Both the position numbers and the translations under genes were made by a program. Below the pieces are notes generated by a model, which saw only the letters and a list, made by a program, of their open reading frames with translations, was not told the DNA's origin and made no database searches. A stretch of DNA of 36,510 nucleotides from Octopus sinensis (lineage: Eukaryota), in assembly GCF_006345805.1 (NCBI RefSeq), contig NW_021824687.1, positions 1 to 36,510 on the forward strand. The letters are read 5' to 3'. Each line of letters starts with the position of its first letter. Position 1 is the stretch's first letter. Shown here piece after piece: positions 35,161 through 36,510 of this stretch.

Positions 35161-35556
35161 GATGATGATGGCAATCTCTCAAGGTCGAGGATGATGGTCT
35201 TCATGCAAATTTACTGGTGAGTCCGTAGGTGACCGATAAGACCAATTCTTGCTTGAAAAGATCGGTCGCAGTGCGGACATCTAGTGCCGGAAGGGAGAGT
35301 CGCACGTGGTTGTTGTTGGCGCTCCTTCCATCGTCGCCTTCTCTCCTCCAGCTCTGCAGACCTTTTCGACTTGAAAGTTGCCGTTCCCTCATGGATGGTG
35401 GTTTTCCAGAGTGGTCTGTTTTTTGCCGTTTCCTCCCAGTTAGTGAAGTCGATGTCACACTTTTTGAAATTCGTTTTCAGGGAGTCCTTGTAGAGTTTCT
35501 TCTGGCCTCCTTTTGTATGCTTGACATCTTTGAGTTGGGAGTAGAAGATCTGTTTG
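35161..35556 (-). mobile_element. 5'-truncated RTE-clade LINE (3' end, 396 bp)
   Basis: 10-bp TSD AGAATAAAGT (35151-60, 35557-66); short 3' UTR ending in (CAT)n; GC-rich relative to the flanks; uninterrupted ORF. Confidence 0.92.
35211..35556 (-). pseudogene. RTE LINE ORF C-terminus with C2H2-type zinc knuckle
   Basis: KQIFYSQLK..KGGQKKLYKDSLK..WEETAKNRPLW..CPHCDRSFQARIGLIGHLRTHQ*, typical of RTE/BovB-like C-termini. The N-terminal part of ORF 35211..35690 comes from flanking SINE sequence. Confidence 0.9.
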
Positions 35557-35624
35557 AGAATAAAGTACCAACCAAGTATTGAGGTTAATATAATTGAATA
35601 AATGGAATATATGGTCTTATGTCT

Positions 35625-35800
35625 ACATAAGGACGTGGATGTTGAACGAAATGCCTTGGCACATTTGTTCTGGGTACATTCTGAGTTCAAATCTTGCTGA
35701 GTTTATTTTTGCTTTTCATCCATCTAGGATTGATAAAAGAAAGTACCAGAGTACCAGTCAAGACATAGGTTGGAAATTAGTCAATTGACTAATTTCCATC
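35625..35800 (+). mobile_element. Diverged SINE family B copy
   Basis: 'acattctgagttcaaatcttgctgag..tttgcttttcatcc..gataaaagaaagtaccag'. Confidence 0.65.
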
Positions 35801-35885
35801 CCTCAAATTGCACTTAAAAAACATTAGTGTTACTTATTGGTTCAACTCTTGTTTGTTAATATTTAAAAAAAAATACTTAACATAT

Positions 35886-36087
35886 AGGCGCAGGAGTGGC
35901 TGTGTGGTAAGTAGCTTGTTTACCAACCACATGGTTCTGGGTTCAGTCCCACTGCATGACACCTTGGGCAAGTGTCTTCTACTATAGCTTTGGGCCGACC
36001 AAAGCCTTGTGAGTGGATTTGGTGGATGGAAACTGAAAGAAGCCATCGTATATATGTATATTATATATATATATATATATATATGTG

Positions 36088-36118
<31 letters not shown>

Positions 36119-36333
36119 ATGTGAGTTTGTATATCTGTGTTTGTCCCCCCAACATCGCTTGACAACCGATGCTGGTGTGTTTACGTCCCCATCACTTAGC
36201 AGTTCGGCAAAGAGACCGATAGAATAAGTACTGGGCTTACAAAGAATAAGTCCCGAGGTCGAGTTGCTCGATTAAAGGCGGTGCTCCAGCACGGCCGCAG
36301 TCAAATGACTGAAACAAGTAAGAGAGAGTAAGA
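35886..36333 (+). mobile_element. SINE family A, full length
   Basis: Complete head, CORE-like segment, (TA)n/(TG)n centre and tail. Confidence 0.93.
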
Positions 36334-36510
36334 AATAGTATACTAAAATTTTTAAACAACCTACTTGAAACAACAGCCAAATTTCCTTCAAACTACACCA
36401 CTCACTCAAAAAAGAATGGACAGATTACATAATGTAGTCCTTGGTATGTTATATATGAAAATATAAAATGGAATGGCCATGGGTGGAATGCTTTTTCTCA
36501 TTAGTTTGTG

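Larger units (their letters stand above)
35028..35600 (+). mobile_element. Old SINE family B copy interrupted by the RTE insertion
   Basis: 'ttctgagttcaaacttcacc..tcaactttgctttt...gatagaataaagt' continues after the insert as 'accaaccaagtattgagg', matching the family B 'aaataagtaccagt..gcactgggg'. Confidence 0.7.

Overview
AT-rich eukaryotic non-coding DNA, packed with microsatellites and interspersed repeats. The SINE types and extreme (TA)n/(CA)n/(AAT)n/(CATA)n density suggest an octopus/cephalopod genome; this is an inference, not checked against a database. No host protein-coding gene could be supported, and nearly all listed ORFs are microsatellite or antisense-SINE artefacts. The window holds about 30 copies or fragments of four SINE families (my labels A-D). 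It also holds an internally deleted mariner with TIRs and TA target duplication, piggyBac-, hAT- and pogo-type MITEs, a non-autonomous Helitron, a young RTE-LINE 3' fragment with a 10-bp TSD, and decayed Gypsy and CR1/L2-like remnants. The best signal is a complete type I hammerhead ribozyme core with a palindromic stem III at 21280-21374, typical of Penelope-like elements or retrozymes. Other highlights are a SINE subfamily that appears to spread as head-to-tail multimers and modular domain sharing among SINEs. Repeat boundaries were read by eye and are approximate unless a TSD or TIR is quoted.
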